Positions 1 through 10,423 of a stretch of 32,000 nt of DNA are shown here, in pieces; positions within the stretch are counted from its first letter, which is position 1; the number at the start of each line of letters is the position of its first letter. The notes under the pieces were generated by a model. It was not told where the DNA came from, made no database searches, and worked only from the letters and a program-made list of their open reading frames with translations. The DNA is from Methanocaldococcus jannaschii DSM 2661 (GTDB taxonomy: Archaea > AGJL01 > Methanococci > Methanococcales > Methanocaldococcaceae). The stretch covers positions 443,581 to 475,580 of the forward strand of contig NC_000909.1 of assembly GCF_000091665.1 (NCBI RefSeq). The letters run 5' to 3'. The position numbers and the translations under genes were made by a program.

Positions 1-868
1 AAAATTAGATGGAACTGCACCAATAATAGTTAAAAGTGGGAAAATTTATGGAAATGTGGTAAAGATTAGAGGAGACATTAGCTCTCAGTTTATAACCTCT
101 TTGATGATGCTCCTTCCATTTAATAAAGAAGATACTGAGATAATTCTAACCTCACCACTAAAATCAAAGCCATATATTGATATAACATTGGATATATTAA
201 ATAAATTTGGAATAAAGATTGATAAAACTGATAACGGCTTTTTAGTCTATGGAAATCAGAAGTATAAACCAATAGATTATATTGTTGAGGGAGATTATTC
301 TTCAGCTTCATACTTAATAGCTGCTGGAGTTTTAATAAACTCAAATATAACTATTGAAAACCTATTTGCCAACTCAAAGCAAGGAGATAAAGCTATAATC
401 AATATTGTCAAAGAGATGGGAGCAGATATTAAAGTTAAAAAAGATAAAGTAATTATTGAAGGAGAATACAGCTTAAAAGGAATAGATGTTGATGTTAAAG
501 ATATTCCAGATTTAGTCCCAACAATTGCAGTTCTTGGATGCTTTGCAGAAGGAAAGACTGAGATTTACAATGGAGAACATGTTAGATTAAAGGAGTGCGA
601 TAGATTAAGAGCTTGTGCTGTTGAATTAAAAAAGATGGGTGCTGATATTGAAGAGAAACCAGATGGTTTAATTATAAGAGGAGTTAAAAAGCTAAAGGGG
701 GCTAAGCTAAACACCTATCACGACCATAGATTGGTTATGGCATTTACTATAGCTGGTTTAAAGGCAGAAGGAGAAACAATTATTGAAGGAGAGGAGGCCG
801 TTAAAATCTCTTTCCCAAACTTTGTTGATGTTATGAAGAGCTTAGGGGCTAATATAGAGGTAAAATAA
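1..868 (+). CDS. aroA: 3-phosphoshikimate 1-carboxyvinyltransferase (EPSP synthase), 5' truncated by window edge
   Basis: Frame is open from base 2 (KLDGTAPIIVKSGKIYGNVV...) into the listed ORF; motifs GDYSSASYLIAAG, EHVRLKECDRLRA and TYHDHRLVMAF are typical of AroA. Confidence 0.95.
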   Translation, partial: KLDGTAPIIVKSGKIYGNVVKIRGDISSQFITSLMMLLPFNKEDTEIILTSPLKSKPYIDITLDILNKFGIKIDKTDNGFLVYGNQKYKPIDYIVEGDYSSASYLIAAGVLINSNITIENLFANSKQGDKAIINIVKEMGADIKVKKDKVIIEGEYSLKGIDVDVKDIPDLVPTIAVLGCFAEGKTEIYNGEHVRLKECDRLRACAVELKKMGADIEEKPDGLIIRGVKKLKGAKLNTYHDHRLVMAFTIAGLKAEGETIIEGEEAVKISFPNFVDVMKSLGANIEVK

Positions 869-952
869 AAAGTAAGTGAATAAATCAATCTCTTCATATT
901 GATATTTTGATTAAAAAATAATAAAAAAATTTATACAGGTAATAACAACTCT

Positions 953-2173
953 ATGACAAAAGTGCTGGTGATGTTTATGGATTTCTTATTTGAGAACAGC
1001 TGGAAAGCAGTTTGTCCCTACAATCCAAAGTTGGATTTAAAGGACATTTATATTTATGACACAACCCTAAGAGATGGAGAGCAAACCCCAGGAGTTTGCT
1101 TTACCAAAGAACAAAAATTGGAGATTGCAAGGAAGTTGGATGAACTTGGATTAAAGCAGATTGAAGCTGGCTTCCCAATAGTATCTGAAAGAGAAGCAGA
1201 TATAGTTAAAACAATTGCTAATGAAGGGCTAAATGCTGATATCTTAGCTTTATGCAGGGCTTTAAAGAAAGATATAGATAAAGCAATAGAGTGCGATGTA
1301 GATGGGATTATTACCTTCATAGCAACATCTCCTCTCCACTTAAAATATAAATTCAACAACAAAAGCTTAGATGAAATATTAGAGATGGGAGTTGAGGCAG
1401 TTGAGTATGCAAAGGAACATGGCTTATTTGTTGCTTTCTCTGCAGAGGATGCGACAAGAACACCAATAGAGGACTTGATTAAAGTGCATAAAGCCGCTGA
1501 AGAGGCTGGAGCAGATAGGGTTCATATAGCAGACACAACTGGCTGTGCTACCCCCCAAAGTATGGAGTTTATATGTAAAACATTGAAGGAGAACTTAAAA
1601 AAGGCACATATTGGAGTGCATTGTCACAACGACTTTGGATTTGCAGTTATAAATTCAATATATGGTTTAATTGGAGGAGCTAAGGCAGTTTCAACAACAG
1701 TTAATGGTATTGGAGAGAGGGCAGGGAATGCAGCTTTAGAAGAGCTAATTATGGCTTTAACTGTCTTGTATGATGTTGATTTGGGATTAAACTTGGAGGT
1801 TCTTCCAGAGTTATGCAGAATGGTTGAGGAATACTCTGGAATAAAGATGCCAAAGAACAAACCAATAGTTGGAGAGCTTGTATTTGCTCATGAAAGTGGA
1901 ATTCACGTTGATGCTGTCATAGAGAATCCATTAACCTATGAACCCTTCCTTCCAGAGAAAATAGGGCTTAAGAGAAATATTTTGTTAGGGAAGCATTCTG
2001 GATGCAGAGCCGTTGCCTATAAGCTAAAACTTATGGGAATTGATTACGATAGAGAGATGTTGTGCGAGATTGTTAAAAAGGTTAAAGAGATTAGAGAGGA
2101 AGGTAAATTTATAACTGATGAAGTCTTTAAGGAGATTGTTGAAGAAGTTTTAAGGAAGAGAAATAAAAATTAA
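953..2173 (+). CDS. aksA: Homocitrate synthase family (AksA-like), DRE-TIM metallolyase; real start probably at MDFLFENSW
   Basis: IYDTTLRDGEQTPGVCF, HCHNDFGFAV, NGIGERAGNAALEE and HESGIHVDAV motifs. Confidence 0.88.
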   Translation: MTKVLVMFMDFLFENSWKAVCPYNPKLDLKDIYIYDTTLRDGEQTPGVCFTKEQKLEIARKLDELGLKQIEAGFPIVSEREADIVKTIANEGLNADILALCRALKKDIDKAIECDVDGIITFIATSPLHLKYKFNNKSLDEILEMGVEAVEYAKEHGLFVAFSAEDATRTPIEDLIKVHKAAEEAGADRVHIADTTGCATPQSMEFICKTLKENLKKAHIGVHCHNDFGFAVINSIYGLIGGAKAVSTTVNGIGERAGNAALEELIMALTVLYDVDLGLNLEVLPELCRMVEEYSGIKMPKNKPIVGELVFAHESGIHVDAVIENPLTYEPFLPEKIGLKRNILLGKHSGCRAVAYKLKLMGIDYDREMLCEIVKKVKEIREEGKFITDEVFKEIVEEVLRKRNKN

Positions 2174-2203
2174 CAAATAAAATTATCATGGAGGGAAGGA
2201 ATA

Positions 2204-2794
2204 ATGAAACTCTTTGACTATCCAGGAATTCAAAATACAGATGAGACATTAAAAATAGCTGTTGAGAGGGCTAAGAAGGGAGATATTAAAAGTATAGTTG
2301 TAGCTTCATCTACTGGATACACTGCTAAAAAATTGCTTGATTTGTTGGAGAAAGAGGGATTAGATTTAAATGTTGTTGTAGTTACATATCATCAAGGATT
2401 CCATGGAGAGGATACAATATCAATGGATAAAGAGGTTGAGGAAGAGCTAAAGAAAAGAGGAGCTAAGGTATTTAGAGGCAGTCATGCATTAAGTGGAGTT
2501 GAGAGAGGAATTTCAAATAAATTAGGTGGTTATGGTCCTGTTCAAGTTATTGCTGAGACATTAAGAACATTTGGACAGGGAGTTAAGGTTTGCTATGAAA
2601 TCACAATTATGGCATGTGATGCTGGTTTGATAAAGGCTAAAGAAGAGGTTATAGCCATTGGAGGAACAGGTAGAGGGGCAGATACAGCGATGGTTATAAA
2701 GCCAGCTAATATGAATACTTTCTTCAACATAGAGGCAAGAGAGATTTTATGCATGCCAAGAATTAAAAAGAAAGTGAAAGAAGATGATGAATAA
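2204..2794 (+). CDS. Pyruvate kinase alpha/beta (C-terminal) domain-like stand-alone protein
   Basis: [45 protein letters not shown]; resembles archaeal stand-alone PK C-terminal domain proteins. Confidence 0.7.
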   Translation: MKLFDYPGIQNTDETLKIAVERAKKGDIKSIVVASSTGYTAKKLLDLLEKEGLDLNVVVVTYHQGFHGEDTISMDKEVEEELKKRGAKVFRGSHALSGVERGISNKLGGYGPVQVIAETLRTFGQGVKVCYEITIMACDAGLIKAKEEVIAIGGTGRGADTAMVIKPANMNTFFNIEAREILCMPRIKKKVKEDDE

Positions 2795-3539
2795 ATTTAA
2801 ATATTTGTTATTTCTTGTTGTATTTGCAGTATTTTTCTTAACATTTGCTTTTTTTGACAACAGTAGTAAAAGTCATCAGGATGATGATGAACAAAAACCA
2901 ATAATTTTAATTCATGATGTCTCACCAGTGTATTTTAAAGAACTAAAGGAAATAGTAAAAATTATAGATAAATATCATTATCAAAATAGGAGCTATCTTT
3001 TTTTAATTGTCAATCATGCAAATAAATATAATTTAAAAAATTATCCTGAATTTGTAGATTATCTCCATAAATTAGAAAAAGAAGGTTACCATATAGAGTT
3101 CCACGCCTATAATCATATAGATGATGAGTTCAACTGTAACAAAACTGTGGCAGAGGAAAAATTAAATAAATCATTTAAAATTTTAGAGGAATGTGGTTTT
3201 AATCCTAAAAAAATAAAATATTTTATTCCACCAAGATATAAATTGTCAGAAGATGCTGAAAAACTGTTTTTAGGGAGAAATATTACAATAATCCTTGAAA
3301 ATAAAATGATAACAGAAAAAGATGGGAAAATAGTTGAAATTAGTATTACAAACAGAGAATATACTTGGTATCTTCCAAAACCATTAGTAAAAGTGGCTGA
3401 AAAAATAGCAACAACTGATTATAAATTAAGTATAAAAGAAAATAGAAAGTTTTTTCTCTCAATTCATCCAAAGGCAGTTAATTATGGCAGTGGATTAGAG
3501 TTTTTAGATTATTTCTTAAATGAAACGTCAAAAAATTAA
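2784..3539 (+). CDS. DUF2334/polysaccharide deacetylase-like protein with N-terminal membrane anchor
   Basis: Hydrophobic N-terminus; [11 protein letters not shown] and [17 protein letters not shown] motifs. Overlaps the previous ORF by 11 bp. Confidence 0.65.
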   Translation: MMNKFKYLLFLVVFAVFFLTFAFFDNSSKSHQDDDEQKPIILIHDVSPVYFKELKEIVKIIDKYHYQNRSYLFLIVNHANKYNLKNYPEFVDYLHKLEKEGYHIEFHAYNHIDDEFNCNKTVAEEKLNKSFKILEECGFNPKKIKYFIPPRYKLSEDAEKLFLGRNITIILENKMITEKDGKIVEISITNREYTWYLPKPLVKVAEKIATTDYKLSIKENRKFFLSIHPKAVNYGSGLEFLDYFLNETSKN

Positions 3540-4136
3540 TTATAACAACTCAACAAAATTTTCTATAATCTTTAAACCAATTTTTCCACTTTTTTCTGGG
3601 TGGAATTGGGTGGCAAAGACATTATCTTTGTTTATAACGCTTGGAAACTCTCTTCCATATTCAGTTTTTCCAACTATACAATCTTCATCTGGATTTACAT
3701 GATATGAATGAACAAAGTAAAAGTAACTATTGTTTTTTATTCCTTCAAACAGTGGGCAATCTTTAACTATTTTTACACTATTCCAGCCCATATGTGGAAG
3801 TTTTTCAACATCCTTAAACTTGATTACATTGCCTTTTATTATCCCTAAACCTTTGATTCCTCTTTTCTCTTCGCTCTCTTCAAATAAAATCTGCATTCCT
3901 AAACATATTCCTAAGAATGGAACTCTATCATCAACAATTTTGTATATTGTCTCTTTTAATGGAGCTAAATTTTCCATTGCACTACCAAAATTTCCTACAC
4001 CTGGTAGAATTATCTTATCACAAGCCAATAACTCCTCACTGTTGTTTGTTATTATTACCTTATCATAGAGTTCAACTGCCTTTTGAATACTTCTCAAATT
4101 CCCTGCGTTGTAATCAATTATTCCAATCATTTTCAT
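3540..4136 (-). CDS. hisH: Imidazole glycerol phosphate synthase subunit HisH (glutamine amidotransferase)
   Basis: IIDYNAGNLRSIQKA, PFLGICLGMQ, FATQFHPEKSG. Confidence 0.95.
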   Translation of the reverse strand: MKMIGIIDYNAGNLRSIQKAVELYDKVIITNNSEELLACDKIILPGVGNFGSAMENLAPLKETIYKIVDDRVPFLGICLGMQILFEESEEKRGIKGLGIIKGNVIKFKDVEKLPHMGWNSVKIVKDCPLFEGIKNNSYFYFVHSYHVNPDEDCIVGKTEYGREFPSVINKDNVFATQFHPEKSGKIGLKIIENFVELL

Positions 4137-4145
4137 CCCTAAAAT

Positions 4146-4697
4146 TTAGAGTTCTTGAACTTCTTTTATTGTATCTAAAATCTTCTTTAGAGCTCTTTTG
4201 GCATCTTCCTCACTCTTTAAACCAGTAATAACGACCTTACCACTACCAAATATTAAAACAACAACCTTCGGGTCATCCAACCTATAAACTAACCCTGGGA
4301 ATTGTTCTGGCTCATATTCAGTTCCTTCAACCATTAAGGCAATGTCATCTAAATTTGGCTCAATTCCTAAATCAGCTGTTGCGACCATATTTTGGATTTT
4401 AATTTCAGGGTTTTCAATAACATCAATTCCGGCATCTTTTAACTCTTTTATAATCTTTTTAATGGCTATTTCTGCCTCTTCTTTGCTCTTAGCTCCAGTA
4501 CAATTTACCTTTCCACTTCTAAATATTAATAAAGCAACTTTTGGCACTGATAATCTACAAACTAACCCTGGGAATTGTTCTGGCTCATATTCAGCATTTT
4601 CTAAAATCATAGCAACCTCTTCTAAATCAATATTGTCTCCAATTTTTGTTGAGACTACAACATTAACAATCTTAATTTCTGGTTCCATGATTTTCAC
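4146..4697 (-). CDS. tbp: TATA-box binding protein
   Basis: Two direct TBP repeats: EYEPEQFPGLVCRLSVPKVALLIFRSGKVNCTGAKS and EYEPEQFPGLVYRLDDPKVVVLIFGSGKVVITGLKS. Confidence 0.98.
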   Translation of the reverse strand: MKIMEPEIKIVNVVVSTKIGDNIDLEEVAMILENAEYEPEQFPGLVCRLSVPKVALLIFRSGKVNCTGAKSKEEAEIAIKKIIKELKDAGIDVIENPEIKIQNMVATADLGIEPNLDDIALMVEGTEYEPEQFPGLVYRLDDPKVVVLIFGSGKVVITGLKSEEDAKRALKKILDTIKEVQEL

Positions 4698-4839
4698 CTA
4701 TTTAACAACTAACTTAGATATTATATAAAAACCCCATATATAAATACTTTATATATAAATACTTTTAAATATTACATAAAATTTGTATATTTAACTTAAT
4801 AAATGTAATATTTAAAAATAAAAAAAGAAAGTAGAAAAT

Positions 4840-5148
4840 TTATCCGAATAAAGCTGCCAATCCAGCAACTGCAGCTGTATCTTCTTCCTTCTTCTCTTCT
4901 TTTTTCTCTTCTTCTTTCTTCTCTTCAGCAGCAGCTGCTGGAGCTGCAGCAGCTGGAGCAGCTGCAACAGGCATTGCAGCGTTTGCAATAGCTTCTTCAA
5001 TATCTACTCCTTCCAATCCAGCAACTAATGCTTTAACTCTTGCATCATCAACTTCTACACCAGCAGCTGATAAAACTGCCTTAATTGCATCTTCTGTGAT
5101 TTCTTTTCCTGCACTGTGCAATAATAAAGCTGCATATATGTATTCCAT
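4840..5148 (-). CDS. rpl12: Ribosomal protein L12 (P1-like)
   Basis: [30 protein letters not shown], Ala-rich hinge, acidic EEKKEEEKK...GLAALFG tail. Confidence 0.96.
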   Translation of the reverse strand: MEYIYAALLLHSAGKEITEDAIKAVLSAAGVEVDDARVKALVAGLEGVDIEEAIANAAMPVAAAPAAAAPAAAAEEKKEEEKKEEKKEEDTAAVAGLAALFG

Positions 5149-5274
5149 AATTTACACCTCCAAATGTTCTCCTTTGTGTTTTATTTATTTGTTTTAACCG
5201 TAATATCTAAACAATATTAATTTGAAGTAGAGTTTGCAATTCACTATTTATAATTAGTTATTTATATTTTTCGG

Positions 5275-6306
5275 TTAGAACAATAGGGCTAATCCAGCCG
5301 CTCCTGTATCTTCTTCTTTCTTCTCTTCCTCTTTTTTCTCTTCTTCTTTCTCTTCCTCAGCTGCTGGAGCAGCTGAAACTTCTACTGAGGACAACTTAGC
5401 TTTAATGTCTTCATCCAATGCTTCGTCAGGCAATTTTGAAGCTAAAGCTAATGCCTGAGCCTGAGCTTTCGCTAATATGTCTCCAGCTGTTTCTTTTGTT
5501 ACGAATGCTGTCTCTACTGATAAAGCTCTTGCGTTTATGAATGCCTTCTGTATTAAGAATGGCAATACTTCTTTTGCTGGATATGCTGTGTTAAATGCCA
5601 AGTTAAATGCGTTTTGGTATGCAGCTTGTATGTCAGCTAATAACTTCTCTTCATCAACCTTTAAGACATCTGGTGTGTAGATAATTCCATCTTCATAAAC
5701 AGCTAAGATATTTAAACCAACTTTTATTGGCTTGATTCCTAATCTGTCTAAGACAGCTGCCAATTTTGGTGAAACAACTTCTCCTTTTTTAACAACAACT
5801 TTATCTTCTTTAATTGCAATTTTACCTTTTTCTATCGCAGCTGGAATACCAACACTTTTAAGCTCTCCTAAGAAAGGTCCTGGAGGCATTCCAGTTGAAC
5901 CTTTCTCAACTTTAATGTCACAAGGAGCTATTTGTCCTCCTCTTACAGGAGCAGGACTTTTGTTCTCTTCTAATAATTTGTATAACTTGAATGGGTTCAT
6001 GTCTGTAACTAATATAGCCGCCCCTCTCTCAACGTAGTTTGCTAACTCAGCTAATTTTGGATTGTTTAATTCTTCAGCAGCTTCTTTTAAAGCTCTTATA
6101 ATTAAGGTGTTTCTTGACATTCTTAATTTAACTTTGTCCCTGATTTTATCTCTAATCTCTTGCAATTGAGGGGCAGGAACGTCCATCATATCTACAATAG
6201 CCACTACAGGCTTACTTTTAATAAGCCCCTTGAGTGTTTTAACTTCTTCAATTTTCCATGGGGCTACGTGTGCTTTCACTTTTGTTTCCATTTCTATCCC
6301 CTTCAC
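5275..6306 (-). CDS. rplP0: Ribosomal protein P0/L10
   Basis: [63 protein letters not shown]-stalk acidic tail. Confidence 0.96.
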   Translation of the reverse strand: MKGIEMETKVKAHVAPWKIEEVKTLKGLIKSKPVVAIVDMMDVPAPQLQEIRDKIRDKVKLRMSRNTLIIRALKEAAEELNNPKLAELANYVERGAAILVTDMNPFKLYKLLEENKSPAPVRGGQIAPCDIKVEKGSTGMPPGPFLGELKSVGIPAAIEKGKIAIKEDKVVVKKGEVVSPKLAAVLDRLGIKPIKVGLNILAVYEDGIIYTPDVLKVDEEKLLADIQAAYQNAFNLAFNTAYPAKEVLPFLIQKAFINARALSVETAFVTKETAGDILAKAQAQALALASKLPDEALDEDIKAKLSSVEVSAAPAAEEEKEEEKKEEEKKEEDTGAAGLALLF

Positions 6307-6316
6307 TTATTATTAT

Positions 6317-7015
6317 TTATTTTTTCTTAGCCTTCTCTTTCTTAACCTTTACAGCAGGACCCATGGTTAGCTTGACATAAGCATCTTTTATGTGGTAGAG
6401 ACCTTTTTCATACTTCTTAGCAACAACGTTTAAAACTGCCTCTATGTTATCAACTATCTGCTCATCTGTCATTTTTTCATTTCCAACTAACACTTGGAAG
6501 TATGGCTTATCTCTTGTGTTTATAACAACTGTTTTCTTTAATCTTTCAACTAATGGTTTTATGTTTGCGTTAGCTGGAACTGGTTTTGGCATCTTTCCTC
6601 TTGGCCCTAATATAACCCCCATATATCTACCAATTAATGGCATTAAATCTGCCTGTGCTATAAAGAAGTCATGGGCTTTAGCTATTTTTCTTAATTTTCT
6701 TTTGTTTTTACCTAATTCTTCAATTTCTTCTTTTCTAATAACAGTTAATCCTAATTCTTCTGCCTGTTTAGCTAAATCTCCAGTTCCAATAACTGCTATT
6801 TTAGCTTCTTTCCCTCTTCCATGAGGAAGCACTACTTCTGTTTTTATTCTGTTCTCTGGCTTCCTCATGTCAATCTCTTTGAGGGTTGCTATGAATTCAA
6901 ATGACTGTGTGAAGTTTCTCGGCTTCGCGAGTTCGCGAGCCTCCTTCACCGCTTGCAACAGTGCTTCTCTGTCCATAGTCATCCTCCTTTCTTTTTTATA
7001 TTTAACAAAAAGCAT
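6317..7015 (-). CDS. rpl1: Ribosomal protein L1; likely initiates at [10 protein letters not shown]
   Basis: [20 protein letters not shown]; genomic context L1-P0-L12. Confidence 0.96.
   Translation of the reverse strand: MLFVKYKKERRMTMDREALLQAVKEARELAKPRNFTQSFEFIATLKEIDMRKPENRIKTEVVLPHGRGKEAKIAVIGTGDLAKQAEELGLTVIRKEEIEELGKNKRKLRKIAKAHDFFIAQADLMPLIGRYMGVILGPRGKMPKPVPANANIKPLVERLKKTVVINTRDKPYFQVLVGNEKMTDEQIVDNIEAVLNVVAKKYEKGLYHIKDAYVKLTMGPAVKVKKEKAKKK
6909..6949 (-). promoter_or_regulatory. Putative L1 autoregulatory mRNA hairpin inside the 5' coding part of the L1 gene
   Basis: mRNA-sense GTGAAGGAGGCTCGCGAACTCGCGAAGCCGAGAAACTTCAC: outer stem GTGAAG/CTTCAC, inner stem GGCT-CGCGA/TCGCG-AGCC. 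It is locally GC-rich and in the position described for the L1 feedback site in methanococci. Confidence 0.75.
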
Positions 7016-7336
7016 CCATATTATATGGTATCTGATATAAATATTTTACTTAAAAAAGATGAGGCTATTTTATAAATCTTTAATAGCAAATTTCAGGAAA
7101 TTTTGAAAAATTTTATATTGCTAAGATATCAGAAACCATATATAAAATTTTCGGTTGAGTGAAAATGAGAATTAAATAGTAGAATAAAGTCTCAAAATCC
7201 GTAGATTTTATAAGATTATAGGAAAATAATTCTATTCTGACTTTATATAGTAAATTCAACTGGCTAAAATAGTTTTATTTTCTATGAAGCTAATTTTATC
7301 TCTATATGCTAAATAAACAAAAAAGCTTCAGAAGTT

Positions 7337-7507
7337 GAGTTTCATTCCCTTAGAGTCTGATTTTGGTATCTATCTAAATAAGATTTCTTGAAAAGTGTGC
7401 TTTGATAAAGTTTTCATCCCAAATCGCTGATTTTAATATAGTAGATATTGAGTGGAATATACAAAAAGAAAAAAAGATATTTCATTTCGAATGGGTCTGA
7501 TTTTAAT
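7337..7507. CRISPR. Decayed CRISPR remnant, 3 degenerate repeats
   Basis: GTTTCATTCCCTTAGAGTCTGATTTTGGT (ends about 7367), GTTTTCATCCCAAATCGCTGATTTTAAT (ends 7438), ATTTCATTTCGAATGGGTCTGATTTTAAT (ends 7507). End-to-end spacings are 71 and 69 bp. They resemble the recalled M. jannaschii repeat ATTTCCATTCCGAAACGGTCTGATTTTAAT. Confidence 0.55.
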
Positions 7508-7700
7508 CATTCAACGAGACAAACCACAAACCATAATAACAAAAATTAAAAACCCAACTGCCCAAAATTATCAACAGACACAATATAAATATAATACATA
7601 TTTTATCACCCTATCAATGTAAATATGCATGCTAACAGAATGATGCACATAACTTCTTAATTGAGTATTTGTCTTTTCAGCCACAATTCTCCTAAATTAA

Positions 7701-8695
7701 TTAGTGTGGTACTTTAATAATACCTTCTTTTTGTAAACATCTTTTTACTGTATTAAAATCTCTGCCAATCCTTTTCCTTATTTGATTAATGTTATAACCT
7801 TCGTTATACAATTTTATTATTTCATTCCTTTCTTTGTCTGTTAAGTAGTTCACTCTTTTTCATATTACATACAATATACATTTTGTCGTATTTTCTTTTT
7901 ATTGAAGTTCCAATTTTTCTCTGAAATCGTTAAAACTATGTGGTTTTATAAATATTTTCCAAACATCCCTTTGATTTTCGTTTTTTCGTTTCCTGAATTC
8001 TAATCTATATTGTATATCTAAACTTTCTAAAAATTTAAAACACAAATCTATTAGTTTCTCGTTAGTATTGGAAATATGGATAAATGCACTTTTTGAATTT
8101 CCTCTTTTACTATTATTATTTACTATATAATTATTTCGACGCATCCTTCACTGTCGAACATCCCTTTCAAAAACATTGCTATATAATCATGATTACTTTT
8201 GAACATTTTTATGTAACCTTCATATTTGTCCAAATTCCAGTACCAATCGTAGAAGTATTTTGAGTATGCTCTAACAACATATTAGTTTTTTCTCCCTCCA
8301 TTATCATACTTAATAGTAGACCTTTGAATTTTTGTAAGGCCTATATTTCTAAGATGACGTTCAAACTCATCGACAAAATCTTTATCTATTGCATTCAGAT
8401 TAATATAGTGATGTCTACTGTTTTTATTTTTAGTAACACATCCATCTCCTTCTATTACTCTAAGATATATGCTAAACTTTCAGAAGGTTCAAGATTTAGT
8501 TTTAGTCCGTTTCTAATAACCCTACTTTCGTTATACTGTCTCAGGACTATATTTCTTTTTTTTCAAATGATATCTTACTGTCTCATGATGTAATCCAAAA
8601 TAATTTGCTATTTCCGAAATAGATCACTTCTCGTCTAAATATAATCTGATAAATTCATTAATCATTCTGTCACTTACCTTTTTCCTAACACCCAT
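7701..8695 (-). pseudogene. Degenerate HTH-LAGLIDADG homing endonuclease
   Basis: Minus-strand conceptual translation across frameshifts and stops: MGVRKKVSDRMINEFIRLYLDEK*SISEIANYFGLHHETVRYHLKKKKYS...LEPSESLAYIL(fs)VIEGDGCVTKNKN...YVVRAYSKYFYDWYWNLDKYEGYIKMFKSNHDYIAMFLKGMFDSEGCV(fs)RRNNYIV...HSFNDFREKLELQ*...VNYLTDKERNEIIKLYNEGYNINQIRKRIGRDFNTVKRCLQKEGIIK. Both LAGLIDADG-like motifs (YILxVIEGDG, FLKGMFDSEG) and N- and C-terminal HTH segments are visible. Confidence 0.85.
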
Positions 8696-8701
8696 TTTCA
8701 A

Positions 8702-9370
8702 TCACCACAAATATTTCAAACATTCAGGGAAGTATTTTTTAATATAGTCAAAATCCCGGTCAACATAAATATGCATTGAAATAGCATGATGAGTATAAGT
8801 ACCATAACCAACGCCAACCTTTTTTGCTATATACTCTCCCAACGTTATCAGACCTATCGCATTACTTACGAAAGCCAGTAGTGCGTCATTGCTTCTGAAG
8901 ATAACAGTTTGATACAGTTTCCCATTTCTAATTAAGAATTGAACAAGTTGCAAACAAGGGACGCTTCCTCTTTCATCCCTACTAACCTCAATATCAATTT
9001 TTGGATTCCAAGTAATTGCTACAGCTCTCCTACTATTTTTTTGTTGATTTAATTTTTCAATAATATAATCTATTTGGTTAATTTTTTCATCAGCATAAGG
9101 ATATTCAAACAACCTCTGATGATAATCATAGCTGAAAACATTTTTAGAGCCATATAAAAGATTTTTTGTGTATTCTTCCACAGCTTTCTCTCCCAACGGA
9201 TATTTTTCTGGAACTTTTTTTAATTTTGGATTTGTAATTTCTATAATCGTATTTCTAATTTCTTTAGTCCTCTCTTCAAACTCTGTCTCAACTACTTCGC
9301 CATCTTTCAATATTTTGGGAATTAATTCATTAAAAGCTGAGGCTACAGAAGGCTTTTTTATACATAGCAT
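8702..9370 (-). CDS. Archaeal-type (short) thymidylate synthase
   Basis: SRRAVAITWNP, SVPCLQLVQFLIRNGKL, FRSNDALLAFVSNAIGL motifs; about 222 aa. Confidence 0.85.
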   Translation of the reverse strand: MLCIKKPSVASAFNELIPKILKDGEVVETEFEERTKEIRNTIIEITNPKLKKVPEKYPLGEKAVEEYTKNLLYGSKNVFSYDYHQRLFEYPYADEKINQIDYIIEKLNQQKNSRRAVAITWNPKIDIEVSRDERGSVPCLQLVQFLIRNGKLYQTVIFRSNDALLAFVSNAIGLITLGEYIAKKVGVGYGTYTHHAISMHIYVDRDFDYIKKYFPECLKYLW

Positions 9371-9480
9371 ACTCTCCCTTTGTAATTGTATTTAATTATG
9401 ATAAAAAATAGATACAACAAGTATAAAAATTTGATGAAATATAAAAAAGATTTAAATATCTTCCATTTCAATTATATATA

Positions 9481-9707
9481 ACCATAGAGGGGGCGTAGCC
9501 CCCTCTATTGGGATACTCCCCCAAATCTTGCTTGGACATTAATTGGGGCTGAAAGCCCCAACTTATAACCAATTATCAAAGAAAATATTATTTACTATGG
9601 AATTTAGAAGCCCAAAGGGCTTCTATAGTGCCTTATTTAATTAAAAACTTTGATAATTGGTTAAATGGACGTGAAGTATCCCAATAGAAGGTTTCCTCCT
9701 ATGGGAG
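9481..9707. mobile_element. Composite hairpin element, locus 1 (two core hairpins in inverted orientation)
   Basis: CCATAGAGGGGGCGTAGCCCCCTCTATTGGGATAC ... GTATCCCAATAGAAGGTTTCCTCCTATGG. Internal inverted repeat AACCAATTATCAAAG (9567-9581)/CTTTGATAATTGGTT (9648-9662). Flanks 9452-9480 and 9708-9736 are diverged copies of the downstream gene's 3' end. Confidence 0.85.
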
Positions 9708-10421
9708 TTAAATGTCTTCCATTTCAGTTATTATATAATTTCCTTCCTTTCCTTCAAATCCTCTAACTAAGAATGTTTTTCCATTTAATTTTAAGCAGAT
9801 TTCTCTAATTGTATCGTCAATTCCATACTCTTCAAGCATATCTAAAATTCCTGGCATAAATTGCTCTAATGTTGCTGGCGGGATGTAGCATCTTTTTGAA
9901 GATGTTCCAAAGTGTATCTTTCCAAACACCTTAATTTTTACATCTACATCTTCTGGGTCTATTTCTCCACAATTTCTGCAAATATAAACTAAACCTCTTG
10001 GTTTAATCTTAGTATCAACAATTCCTCTACATATTTTACAGTAATAATTTACAAATATTGTTGATTGTGAAACCTCCAATATGGCTGGAACTTTCACATC
10101 TAAAACTTCTCCTCTATTGTATAGTTGTTCTTTAGGAATTTCTGGAATTTCTCTTGGATATTTTACACCTTTAATAACTTTTTCAACTATTCTAACGCTC
10201 TTTTCTTCTGTTATTCTACCAAATATCTCGTAACATTTTCCTCTCTCTAAAGGAATTGTTGTTATAAAATTGGCTACTCCATCTTTATCAACCATAGTTC
10301 CAATGTAAAATATTGAACCTTCTTCACTCTCCTTCCTTCTGATATCTACAATTTTAACTTTTGTTAAAATTTGAGAATTTGGTAGTAGTGATTTTATCTT
10401 TCCTAATACCATAAATATCAC
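9708..10421 (-). CDS. OB-fold/zinc-finger protein, possibly RPA-related; likely ATG start at 10412 (MVLGKIKSL)
   Basis: CKICRGIVDTKIKPRGLVYICRNCG zinc-ribbon-like cysteines; paired with the next OB-fold-like protein. Confidence 0.55.
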   Translation of the reverse strand: MIFMVLGKIKSLLPNSQILTKVKIVDIRRKESEEGSIFYIGTMVDKDGVANFITTIPLERGKCYEIFGRITEEKSVRIVEKVIKGVKYPREIPEIPKEQLYNRGEVLDVKVPAILEVSQSTIFVNYYCKICRGIVDTKIKPRGLVYICRNCGEIDPEDVDVKIKVFGKIHFGTSSKRCYIPPATLEQFMPGILDMLEEYGIDDTIREICLKLNGKTFLVRGFEGKEGNYIITEMEDI

Positions 10422-10423
10422 CT

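Noticed and set aside
4812-5000. 62-aa ORF on + strand ([18 protein letters not shown]...)
   Set aside because: Antisense shadow of the Ala/Glu-rich L12 gene; low complexity with no support as a gene. Other + strand ORFs antisense to L1, P0, ehaO/N, polyferredoxins and korC were rejected for the same reason.
7899-8144. 81-aa ORF as an independent gene
   Set aside because: It is the C-terminal fragment of the decayed LAGLIDADG endonuclease, following an in-frame-shifted FLKGMFDSEG motif, so it is treated as part of the pseudogene.
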